A stretch of DNA of 64,000 nucleotides from Gemmatimonadota bacterium (GTDB lineage Bacteria; Gemmatimonadota; Gemmatimonadetes; Gemmatimonadales; Gemmatimonadaceae). A model generated the notes under the pieces. The model did no database searches. It worked only from the letters and a program-made list of their open reading frames with translations, and was not told the origin of the DNA. Of the stretch, positions 1-8,857 are shown piece by piece (position 1 is the stretch's first letter; each line of letters starts with the position of its first letter). The stretch lies in contig JAIUOB010000006.1 of NCBI GenBank assembly GCA_020161135.1, forward strand, positions 35,968-99,967, in the 5' to 3' direction. Made by a program: the position numbers and the translations under genes.

Positions 1-186
1 CTCGTCGGTCGTGAGGGCGAGACGCTTGGCGGGTTGGGCCGCCTGGGTGGGCGGGGTCGCAGGGGGCGTGCCCTGGGCCGCGAGCGCGCCGAACGCGAGC
101 GTGGAGGCCAGTGTGGCCGCAACGGTGAGGGCGGTGCGCGCGGCGCGAGGCTGCGGGAGCCGCGGGGGCGACGGAGGGACGGACAT
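1..186 (-). CDS. 5' part of an exported protein of unknown family (runs off left edge)
   Basis: Not in ORF track. Manual translation from ATG at 186: MSVPPSPPRLPQPRAARTALTVAATLASTLAFGALAAQGTPPATPPTQAAQPAKRLALTTDE, open to position 1, with a signal-peptide-like segment ending ALAAQ. Confidence 0.6.
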   Translation of the reverse strand, partial: MSVPPSPPRLPQPRAARTALTVAATLASTLAFGALAAQGTPPATPPTQAAQPAKRLALTTDE

Positions 187-443
187 CAGGGCGCCAGGTG
201 GGAGGTCGGCGGCGCGCCACGGCACTTGGCGCGCACGCTGCGAAAGTGCGACCGGGGTGGACGGGACACCAGCCCCAACGTTCCAACGTCGCGCGGACGT
301 CTGGCGTTGGATCGGCGGGGGGCGCATAGTCGTGGGCCGCTGGCCACACCAGCCGGATCGACCTGTTTTCGCCCGTCCCCTCCCTCCCTGCTGGACCGCT
401 GCGCTGCAGGACACGCGCCCCTCTCCCCGTCCGGAGCTCCGCC

Positions 444-1409
444 ATGCGTTCGCGCTTCACCCCTCGTGTGCTCACGCTCGCGGCCGTGCTGGTGGCCGCC
501 AGCTCGTCGCTGACGTCGTCGTTGTCCGCGCAGCAGCCGGGCGGTCCGCCGCGCGATCCGCGCAGCATGGGCGGCGGCAACTGCGCCCAGAATCCCTACA
601 ACTGCGCGGATGCGCCGAATCCCCTCCCCGCCCCCAACACGGTGTGGATGGAGGAGATGACGTGGATGGACGTGCGGGACGCGATCAAGAACGGCAAGAC
701 GACGGTGATCGTGACCACCGGCGGCATGGAGCCCAACGGCCCGTGGCTCGTGACCGGCAAGCACAACTACGTGCTCCACGCCAACTGTGAGGCCATCGCG
801 CGCAAGCTCGGCAACGCGCTGTGCGCGCCGATCGTGAAGTTCGTGCCCGAGGGGCGCATCGATCCGCCGTCGAGCCACATGACGAGCCCCGGCACGATCA
901 GCATGCGGGAGGAGACGTTCCGCGCGCTGCTCATGGACATCGGCATGAGCCTCAAGCAGCACGGCTTCCAGAACATCATCTACATCGGCGACAGCGGCGG
1001 CAACCAGGCCGGCCAGCGGTGGGTGGCCGACTCGCTCACGAAGATCTGGAAGGGCGCGCCGGTCGTCGCCCACGTGCAGGAGTACTACGACTACGCGAGC
1101 GTGTCGGAGTACATGAAGACCAAGGGGATGACCGAGGGCGCCTCGGACAACCTGCACGACGACATCGCGATCACGCTCAACATGTGGATGGACGATCCGA
1201 AGAGCGTGCGCTTCGAGGAGCGCGTGAAGGCCGGCAAGGCGACCATCAACGGCGTGTCGATCGCGGACAAGAAGAAGAACGCCGAATGGGGCAAGCAGAT
1301 CATCGAGTTCCGCGCCACGAAGACCATTGAAGCGATCAACAAGGCGATCGCGAACAAGGGGACGCTGCCTGCGCCGGCCGGGCGCGGGCGCGGGGGCCCG
1401 GGCCTCTGA
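444..1409 (+). CDS. Exported creatininase-family (creatinine amidohydrolase fold) protein
   Basis: Signal peptide, then EEMTWMDVRDAIKNGKTTVIVTTGGMEPNG and GDSGGN, matching the creatininase family layout. Confidence 0.8.
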   Translation: MRSRFTPRVLTLAAVLVAASSSLTSSLSAQQPGGPPRDPRSMGGGNCAQNPYNCADAPNPLPAPNTVWMEEMTWMDVRDAIKNGKTTVIVTTGGMEPNGPWLVTGKHNYVLHANCEAIARKLGNALCAPIVKFVPEGRIDPPSSHMTSPGTISMREETFRALLMDIGMSLKQHGFQNIIYIGDSGGNQAGQRWVADSLTKIWKGAPVVAHVQEYYDYASVSEYMKTKGMTEGASDNLHDDIAITLNMWMDDPKSVRFEERVKAGKATINGVSIADKKKNAEWGKQIIEFRATKTIEAINKAIANKGTLPAPAGRGRGGPGL

Positions 1410-1416
1410 CGGTCCT

Positions 1417-1458
1417 GACGCGGCGGTGCGTCGCCGAATGGCAACGCACCGCCGCGTC
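1417..1458. terminator. GC-rich hairpin between convergent genes
   Basis: Perfect 15-bp inverted repeat GACGCGGCGGTGCGT (1417-1431) / ACGCACCGCCGCGTC (1444-1458); no U-tract. Confidence 0.55.
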
Positions 1459-1476
1459 GCGCGTCGTCACGTCGCG

Positions 1477-2826
1477 CTACTTCAGCGTCGCGCGCGAAAT
1501 CTTCGTCGAGAGCCCCGAGCGCTCCGCGAGGTACACGACGCCGCCCGGCCCGAAGCCCAGGATCGCCTTGCCCTGCGGCACCAGCACACGGTCGACGGCC
1601 TCGCCCTTCGCATTGAGCACGTCGTAGACCTCACCCGCCGGCTGCGGCTTGGTGGGAATGGTACGGACCCAGATGTTGCCGTCCTGATCGGCGCGCGCGC
1701 TGCCGGCAAAGAACGGCGGCTGGTAGTCCGGCAGCTCACTGGCCGGCACCACGCTCATCTTGGGCGCCATGACCTGCGGCGCACGCACCGGGCCGCCGGC
1801 CCCACCGCCGCCCGCCGCTGACACCTCGAAGCGCATCATGACCTGCGGCGCGGCTGGAGCCGCTCCCGCTGCGGAGCCGCCCATCATGGTCTGGAAGCCC
1901 TGCTGAAGCGCCTGACCACCCGACGCGCCCGCCGCGAACTGCTTCTCGAAGATCTTCGACACCGAGTCCACGAGCTGCGTCTTCTCCTCGTCGCTCAGGC
2001 GCTTCCAGTCGAACGCCACCTTGGGCGAGCTGCGGACCTGCTTGTCGGGGCTCACCCAGTCGACGTGATAGTCGCGACCACGGATGATCGCGACATCGCC
2101 GCTCGACGTGACCACCCACTCGTCCACCGTCGGCAACGGATTCACCTCGATGGAGATGGACATCTTGCCGTCGACCATCTGCATGTTGGTGTTCGTCTTC
2201 GGGATCTTCGTGAAGCCCACGGTGTCCACCACGCGGCTCTGCAGGTTCACGCGGATGATCGGCAGCGACTCCGGCGGGGTGATCTGCGGCGCCGAGTTCC
2301 CCGATCCACCCGTGGCGCGCATCTGCACACCGGGATTGCCGCGATACACCAGGTGCCCATTGCTGTAGTAGGCCCCGAGTCCGCTGGCCAGCATGTTGGC
2401 ATCCTGTGCGCGCGGCACCGACATCACGCGCCCCACCTTGCCCTGCGGGTCAATGACGAGCATGGAGAGCGACGCCGGGTCGATGAAGAGCGTCGAGTCG
2501 CCGCGATAGGCCACAAGGCTGCCGGGGCGCGGGCCATACGCATTTGCGGTGCTGGTCGTCGAGTCGGCCACGACGGCGAGGATCTTCATCGTCGAGTCGA
2601 CGAGCACCACCCGCCGGCTCGAGGCATCGTTGATGAGGAGGCGTCCGCCGGGAAGGGCGCGCACGTTCGACACCATGCCGAGCGAGTCGCTGGTGGTGGC
2701 GGTGATGGCACCCAGCTGCCGGATGGCGGGACGGGCCTGCGCCGCGAGTGCCGTCGGGAGCGAGGCGCCCAGCGCGAGGCCGAGTGACAGCAGCGTGCGT
2801 GAGGAGGTGCGTGCGTGAGCGGTCAT
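1477..2826 (-). CDS. Exported hypothetical protein, probable beta-propeller, downstream of the TBDR
   Basis: Signal peptide (ALGASLPTALAAQ), beta-strand-rich repeats (GRLLINDASSRRVVLVD, GNIWVRT, GVVYLAE), Gly/Met-rich insert. Start chosen at ATG 2826; ORF track extends to 2853. Confidence 0.7.
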   Translation of the reverse strand: MTAHARTSSRTLLSLGLALGASLPTALAAQARPAIRQLGAITATTSDSLGMVSNVRALPGGRLLINDASSRRVVLVDSTMKILAVVADSTTSTANAYGPRPGSLVAYRGDSTLFIDPASLSMLVIDPQGKVGRVMSVPRAQDANMLASGLGAYYSNGHLVYRGNPGVQMRATGGSGNSAPQITPPESLPIIRVNLQSRVVDTVGFTKIPKTNTNMQMVDGKMSISIEVNPLPTVDEWVVTSSGDVAIIRGRDYHVDWVSPDKQVRSSPKVAFDWKRLSDEEKTQLVDSVSKIFEKQFAAGASGGQALQQGFQTMMGGSAAGAAPAAPQVMMRFEVSAAGGGGAGGPVRAPQVMAPKMSVVPASELPDYQPPFFAGSARADQDGNIWVRTIPTKPQPAGEVYDVLNAKGEAVDRVLVPQGKAILGFGPGGVVYLAERSGLSTKISRATLK

Positions 2827-2940
2827 GGGGAGAGGTGCTATCGGTGAGAACACGACGGGACGTGGAGGAGTGAACAGGCGTGGTGCTGGTGATGCGAGGA
2901 TGGTGCGTCGCCGAAGCGAGCGCGACGCGACCGCGATGAC

Positions 2941-5900
2941 TCAGCGCATGATGACGGTCTGCGTGCCGCCGCCGCCCATGATCATCTGGCTGCCACCCAT
3001 CTGCGGGAAGGCGCCCCCGCCGCCACCGGCCGTGCCCGACCGGATCGACTTGAGGTAGCGATCATCGAGCGCCGTGCTGAGGAACGGCGGCAGCTTCCGG
3101 TACTGCTCGGCCGTGAGCAGCTTGCGCACGGCCGGCGCATAGGCGCGCAGCATGTCGATGCTTGCCTCGCGTGCGCGGACGTACTTGTCGTACACGCGGT
3201 CGTGGTCGAAGACATCCGGGAGCGTCGCGTACTCCTTGGCCAGCGGCGCCCAGATGGAGTCGAGCCGCACAGTGTACCGGCGGTTCATCGTCGCAAGGCT
3301 GTCCGCCTGGTCGCCCGTGAGCTTGAGCGTGTCCTGGTCACGCAGCAGCGTGGCGAGCGGATTCGGCACGCCGCCGGTGCCGAACTGCGCCTTGATCATC
3401 GCCTCCGGCGCCTTGGTGCCCTGCGTCCGGCGTCCGCGGTCGAGCGACTGCGTGAGCAACTGCCGCTCGCGCGTGGGGCCGATGTCATAGCGCAGCGCGG
3501 CCGTGATGGTGACCGGCGTGCGGAACTGCTGGAACTGCGGGTTGGTGGCGCCGAAGCGCTGGTTCACTTCGTACTTGTAGCGCTTGGTGACCGGATCGAA
3601 GCCGCGCACATACAGCAGCGTCTGGTCGAGGAACTGCTGCTGCCCCCAGCCGCGCAGGTTCTTCTCGCCGTTGATGAGCAGGTCGGCCGCGCCCAGTGGA
3701 TTGCTCACCGTGAACGACAGGTTGGCGCGCTGCGGGAGGCGCAGCTTGAGCGGGTTGAAGGAGAAGCCCAGGCTGGCGAACGACTGCCACGGCCCCTGGC
3801 AACTGTTGCGCGCGGCCAGCGCGCCCACCTGTCGCTGCAGGCAACTGCGCGCCACCCGTGAGCCGTCGCGCAGCAGCGCGCCCATGCCACTGGCCAGCGC
3901 CGGGTCGATCGACGACATGCCCGGCCCGTACACGTACGCGCGATCGTTGGCGTAGCCGTCGCCATTGATGTCCGCGCCGACGCCCGGCGTGAACGGAGTG
4001 CCCGAGCGATACTGGCCGAACCAGTTGAGGCGGATGACGTCGAACGCGTTCCACGAGAAGCCGTAGGCGATCTGGTGCCGCGAGTCGAAGCTCGAGCGCG
4101 ACCAATCGACCGCGTGCGGATCGCCGGCGGTGCTCTGGAAGCCGCGGAACTGTTCGCGCACGTTGCCGTACGTGTAGGCCGCGTTCCACGAGATGTTGGA
4201 CGAGAACGTCATGGGCGCGATGCGCGCGCTGAACTGCATGCTGCGCGAGCGCAGGTCGCTGCGCTGCTCGGTGACGCGCTGGAACTGCGACACCTGCCGC
4301 CCGTCGGCCGCCGCGATGCCGCCAGTGGCCGGCACGATGCTCGTCGGGGCCACGTACACCGGGCGCCCACCCTCACCGTCGAGCGTGAAGCGCGCCGTGC
4401 CCGCGAAGTTGCGGTCGACGAAGCTCGCCTGGTTGAGGTTGACCGAGTACGTCGCGTCGAACGAGGCATTGAGCCGGTTGCGCAGGATCGCACCGCTCCA
4501 GTTGAGGTTCGACCGGATGCTGCGTGGCGGCGCATAGTCCTTCGCGAACAGCGTCACGTTGGGCGCGCTGTTCGAGAACACCGTGCCCGTGGTGCCGTCG
4601 GCGCAGCGCGTCGGGATGCGGCTCGGGTCCACATACGCGCTCCAGTCGGGCACCGGCACCGCGGCACCGATGCAGGTGAGCTGCTGGATGCCACTCGCAA
4701 GCCCGGTGTTGTCGATCGCACCGCCGATGAGCGTCACCTGCGGTGTGTTCTGGAAGACGCCCACGCCGCCCCGCACCACCGCGCGTGGCCCGCGGAATGC
4801 ACCGGCAAAGGCGCCGATCTGTGGCGCGGTGCCGTACTGCCAGGAGAAGCCGGCGCGCGGACTCACGAACAGGCCACTCGGCACGTGGTCGTTGCGCACG
4901 CCCAGGCGTTGCTCCACCTCGGCATTGTAGAGGGGACGGTCGAGGAAGCGCGCGGCGTCGACGCGCACGCCGTACTGGAACTGCAGGCGATCGGTGCGGC
5001 GATACGAATCGCCCAGCGACACCGCGCCGATGACCTGCCCCGTCGAGCGCTCGCGCGGCGACAACGTTCGCGTGAACGACACCGGCACGCCGGCCTGCAG
5101 GTCGGCGAGGGAGTTGTAGTTGAAGGTGCCGAGGCGGTTGACGGTCTGGTCCTGCGTGGCCGACTCGGAGCGCACTTCGGTGGCCAGCTTGAGGCGATGC
5201 TTGTTGTTGCCGCTGAACCACGACAGCGTGTTGAGCGCCTGCATGGACAGGTTCGACTGCGTGGTGTTGAGGAACTGGTTGCCGCCAAACGACAGCATCT
5301 GCAGCCCCGAACTGCCATCGGCGAAGGTGGAGTTCACGCGCACGCGGCCGCCCGGCAGGTCGAGCGCCGGGTCGCCTTCCCCCTGCTGCCCTCCCACGCT
5401 CACGTTCGTCTCGGCCAGCACGCCGATGCCGCGGAGCATGAAGTAGCCGCTGTGGCGCCCCTGCACGCCGCCCCCCAGGTTCGTGCGTGAGGCGGCGGTG
5501 GTCGCGAGCGACGTCGTGAGGGGCGTGGCCGGGTTCTGCTTCTGCCAGTTGCCGTTGAACGTCAGGTTGTACGCCGACCCGCTCGTGCTGCTCGGCGGCG
5601 CGAAGTCGATCGCCCCGAGTACCGAGCCATTGTCGGCCAGCCGGCTGCCCGGCAGCCCGCCCACCGTCGTCGGCACGCGACTGGTGCCGAGGATGCCCAG
5701 CAGACGCTGCACCGAGTCGACGGCGACGCCGCTCGCCTGCAGCCCCGTCGGTGAGGTGTTGAGGAGCGTCTGCAGGTCGCTGCTGCGACGGCCCAACTGG
5801 TACGAGATGGCGTAGAACGCCTTGTCGAAGATGAGCGGGCCGGAGACCGCGCCACCGAGCGAGCCGTTCGCGTACGTCTGCCCCTGCGCGCGCGCGGCCG

Positions 5901-6690
5901 CGTCGGTCCACTGCAACTGCGGCGCGTCGCCCACCATGCTGAGGTTGCGCAGGCTGAAGTTGCTGCCGGAGCGCGTGCGCAGGTTGAACTGTCCGCCGGA
6001 GAAGCCGCCCCGCGACACATCGTACGGGCTGGTCGCGAGTCCACTGGAGACGCCGGCATCACGCGGCAGCCCCGCGCCACCGAAGTTCATGCCGTTGAGC
6101 GTCGTCTGGTTCTGGTCGGCGCCCAGCCCGAACACCGAGTAGCCGTTGGGGCCACCGTCCTGTCCCGGCACGAGCTGCACGCCGGGCAGCGTCGCGGCCA
6201 TCGCGGCCAGGTCGTTCATCTGGTCCGGGGGCAGCGCCGGATTGTTCGGCGGCAGCAACCGCTCGGTGCCACTGATGTCCTGCGACGCCTCACCGCGCGA
6301 GACCTTCTGTCGCTCGGCCGTGACCTGCATGGCGTCGAGCACCGTGCCGACCTTGGTGAGCTTCGCATCGGCGAGCAGGAACTCCTCGTCGGCGGTGCGC
6401 TTCACCTCGAAGCGCTTCTGCGCATAGCCGAGGGCGTTGAAGGTCACCATGTAGTCGCCATCGCCGTTCGGAAACGTGACGGTGAAGCGTCCCTGGCGAT
6501 CGGTCCGCGCGGTGCGGTTCACATTGCCCGAGATGGACGTGACGATGATGGACACGTTCTCGAGCGGTTCATTCTCGGCGCCGGTCACGCGTCCGCGGAT
6601 CACATCGACCTGTTGGGCGAGGGCGGGCGGCGCAACGGCGAGCAGGAGGGCCGCGAGGAGGCTCGCGGCGAAGGCAAAGCGACGGGACAC
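2941..6690 (-). CDS. TonB-dependent-receptor-like outer-membrane protein with N-terminal carboxypeptidase-regulatory-like domain and C-terminal helical extension
   Basis: Signal peptide; IRGRVTGAENEPLENVSI...TDRQGRFTV (CarboxypepD_reg-like); plug-like GLGADQNQTTLNG and YDVSRGGFSGGQFNLRTRSGSN; long alternating beta strands. Confidence 0.8.
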   Translation of the reverse strand: MSRRFAFAASLLAALLLAVAPPALAQQVDVIRGRVTGAENEPLENVSIIVTSISGNVNRTARTDRQGRFTVTFPNGDGDYMVTFNALGYAQKRFEVKRTADEEFLLADAKLTKVGTVLDAMQVTAERQKVSRGEASQDISGTERLLPPNNPALPPDQMNDLAAMAATLPGVQLVPGQDGGPNGYSVFGLGADQNQTTLNGMNFGGAGLPRDAGVSSGLATSPYDVSRGGFSGGQFNLRTRSGSNFSLRNLSMVGDAPQLQWTDAAARAQGQTYANGSLGGAVSGPLIFDKAFYAISYQLGRRSSDLQTLLNTSPTGLQASGVAVDSVQRLLGILGTSRVPTTVGGLPGSRLADNGSVLGAIDFAPPSSTSGSAYNLTFNGNWQKQNPATPLTTSLATTAASRTNLGGGVQGRHSGYFMLRGIGVLAETNVSVGGQQGEGDPALDLPGGRVRVNSTFADGSSGLQMLSFGGNQFLNTTQSNLSMQALNTLSWFSGNNKHRLKLATEVRSESATQDQTVNRLGTFNYNSLADLQAGVPVSFTRTLSPRERSTGQVIGAVSLGDSYRRTDRLQFQYGVRVDAARFLDRPLYNAEVEQRLGVRNDHVPSGLFVSPRAGFSWQYGTAPQIGAFAGAFRGPRAVVRGGVGVFQNTPQVTLIGGAIDNTGLASGIQQLTCIGAAVPVPDWSAYVDPSRIPTRCADGTTGTVFSNSAPNVTLFAKDYAPPRSIRSNLNWSGAILRNRLNASFDATYSVNLNQASFVDRNFAGTARFTLDGEGGRPVYVAPTSIVPATGGIAAADGRQVSQFQRVTEQRSDLRSRSMQFSARIAPMTFSSNISWNAAYTYGNVREQFRGFQSTAGDPHAVDWSRSSFDSRHQIAYGFSWNAFDVIRLNWFGQYRSGTPFTPGVGADINGDGYANDRAYVYGPGMSSIDPALASGMGALLRDGSRVARSCLQRQVGALAARNSCQGPWQSFASLGFSFNPLKLRLPQRANLSFTVSNPLGAADLLINGEKNLRGWGQQQFLDQTLLYVRGFDPVTKRYKYEVNQRFGATNPQFQQFRTPVTITAALRYDIGPTRERQLLTQSLDRGRRTQGTKAPEAMIKAQFGTGGVPNPLATLLRDQDTLKLTGDQADSLATMNRRYTVRLDSIWAPLAKEYATLPDVFDHDRVYDKYVRAREASIDMLRAYAPAVRKLLTAEQYRKLPPFLSTALDDRYLKSIRSGTAGGGGGAFPQMGGSQMIMGGGGTQTVIMR

Positions 6691-6799
6691 GTCGGGGAGC
6701 GGTCAGGGTGGAGGGTCGGTGCGCCAGACCCAGCGGCGTACGCGGACTGCCAGACACCCGTTTCGACACAGGGGCGCGTGCGGGAGTTTCCTCGCCCCG

Positions 6800-7729
6800 C
6801 TAGAACTCCCCGATCATCCCGATCTCGGTCTCCAGACGCTGGCCGAAGCGTTCGAGCACGGCGTGCTGCGCGTGGGCGATGAGCGCGCGGACGTCGGCAG
6901 CGGTCGCGTTGCCCAGATTCACGAGGATGTTGGCGTGGATGTGCGAGATCTGCGCATCGCCGATGCGGAAACCCTTGAGCCCGCACTGGTCGATGAGCCG
7001 TCCCGCGCCCACGCCCTCGATCTTCTTGAACACCGACCCGGCGCTGGGATGCACCTGCAACCACGGATGCCGCGCCCCGCGCCACGCGAGGTTCTCCTGC
7101 AGGATGCGGTGCAGCACGGCCGGGTCTTCGCGTGTCAGGCGGAAGCGTGCCGCCAGCACGATGTCACGGCGATGATGGAAGACCGTGTCGTCGTAGCCGA
7201 ACTGGATGTAGTCGGCGTCGACGGTGCGGCGCGTGCCGTCTTCCGCGAGGATGTCGCAGTCGGCGAACACCTCGGCGATGAACATGGTGCGGGCGCGTTC
7301 CGGTGCTGGCGACAGGAAGTGCAGGTTCTGCCACAGCGCCCCGCCGATGGTGCTCGGGATGCCGATGTAGTGCTCGAGTCCCGACCAGCCCGCGCGCACC
7401 GTCTCCAGCACGAGGTCCTGCACGATCGCGCCGCTCTCCGTCCACAGCGTGCCGTCGTCGTGCAGCGTGTGCGTCGTGGCGCCGTTGCGGATCACGAGCC
7501 CGCGAAAGCCCTTGTCGCCCACGAGGATGTTGGCGCCCGTGCCGAGCACGAACCACGGTATGCCGGCGGTGCGCGCGGCGGTGACGGCGGCGGCGAGGTC
7601 ATCGGCGCTGGCGGCCTCGTACAGCCAGTCGGCCGGCCCCCCGATGCGGAAGGTGGTGTAGGGGGCGAGGGGCGCGTGGGCGCGGAGGCGCGACGCGTCG
7701 AGGGCGGAGAGGGAAGGCGGTAGCGACAT
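6800..7729 (-). CDS. murB: UDP-N-acetylenolpyruvoylglucosamine reductase
   Basis: YTTFRIGGPAD, LGTGANILVGD, GIPSTIGGA, PSAGSVFK, ISHIHANILVN, LETEI motifs; ATG at 7729. Confidence 0.93.
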   Translation of the reverse strand: MSLPPSLSALDASRLRAHAPLAPYTTFRIGGPADWLYEAASADDLAAAVTAARTAGIPWFVLGTGANILVGDKGFRGLVIRNGATTHTLHDDGTLWTESGAIVQDLVLETVRAGWSGLEHYIGIPSTIGGALWQNLHFLSPAPERARTMFIAEVFADCDILAEDGTRRTVDADYIQFGYDDTVFHHRRDIVLAARFRLTREDPAVLHRILQENLAWRGARHPWLQVHPSAGSVFKKIEGVGAGRLIDQCGLKGFRIGDAQISHIHANILVNLGNATAADVRALIAHAQHAVLERFGQRLETEIGMIGEF

Positions 7730-7868
7730 GAGGGCGCCTGCAATGTACGCGCGACGGGACGACGTGACCAACCGACGCCGCCACGTCGCGTGGGCACGAT
7801 GCACACGTTGGACGGCCACGCGCACACAGCGTAAGCTGGACCCAGTCACCCACCACCTCTCGGATTCC

Positions 7869-8738
7869 ATGGCCACGCCCGACGCCCCCACCCTCCCCAC
7901 CCCCGTCGTCTCCGCCGACTGGCTGGCGGCGCATCTCGACCATCCGCGTGTGCGGGTGCTCGATGCCAGTTGGTACCTGCCCACGATGGGGCGCGACGTG
8001 CACGCCGAGTACGCGGCGCGGCACATCCCGGGCGCGGTGTTCGCGGACCTGGGCGTGCTGAGCGACGAGACCGCGCCATTTCCGCACACGCTGCTCGATG
8101 CCGAACGCTTCGCGGCGCGCATGGGGGCACTGGGGGTGGGCAACGACGACGCGGTCGTCGTCTACGACAGCTCCGGACAGAACTTCAGCGCACCACGCAC
8201 ATGGTGGATGCTGCGCACGATGGGACACACCAATGTCGCGGTGCTCGACGGCGGGTTGCCACACTGGATCGCGAGCGGCCACGCGATCACCGACGAGGTG
8301 CGCCCCGTCGTGGCGACCACGTTCACGGCCACGCGGGACAGCGCGCGTGTGCGTGACCTCGCGGCGATGCGCGCGTTGATCGCCGCAGGCACGGGGCAGG
8401 TGGCCGACGCCCGCTCACCGGGCCGCTTCCAGGCCACCGAACCCGAACCGCGCGCGGGGGTGCGCGGCGGGCACATGCCGGGTGCCGCCAACGTGCACTA
8501 CGCGACCCTGGTGCAGGGCGACGGCACACTGCGCTCCCGCGAGGAGCTGCTGGAGCTGTTCGCGCGGGCCGGGATCGATCCGTCGAAGCCGGTGGTGGCG
8601 AGCTGCGGCACCGGCGTGACGGCGTGCGCCGTCGTGCTCGCGCTCGAGGCCGTGGGGGCCACCGAGACCGCGGTGTACGACGGCAGCTGGACCGAATGGG
8701 GGAGCCAGCCGGACACACCGGTGGCGACGGGCGCGTAG
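7869..8738 (+). CDS. sseA: 3-mercaptopyruvate/thiosulfate sulfurtransferase (tandem rhodanese)
   Basis: VLDASWYLP, HIPGAVF, VLDGGLP, GHMPGA, active-site SCGTGVTAC, YDGSWTEW. Confidence 0.9.
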   Translation: MATPDAPTLPTPVVSADWLAAHLDHPRVRVLDASWYLPTMGRDVHAEYAARHIPGAVFADLGVLSDETAPFPHTLLDAERFAARMGALGVGNDDAVVVYDSSGQNFSAPRTWWMLRTMGHTNVAVLDGGLPHWIASGHAITDEVRPVVATTFTATRDSARVRDLAAMRALIAAGTGQVADARSPGRFQATEPEPRAGVRGGHMPGAANVHYATLVQGDGTLRSREELLELFARAGIDPSKPVVASCGTGVTACAVVLALEAVGATETAVYDGSWTEWGSQPDTPVATGA

Positions 8739-8857
8739 TCCGCAGGTCCGTGGATCGCGGGCCGCCGCGGCGCGGGACCTTCGCGCTGGCGATCCCGGTA
8801 CGAGGCATGACATCCTTCGCATCCGGCGCACCGTGCCGGTTCCCCCGACGACTTCGC

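Noticed and set aside
1360-1409. GRGRGG tail of the creatininase-family protein as an RNA-binding RGG box
   Set aside because: Very short, on an exported protein, and Gly/Arg runs are favoured by GC-rich codons.
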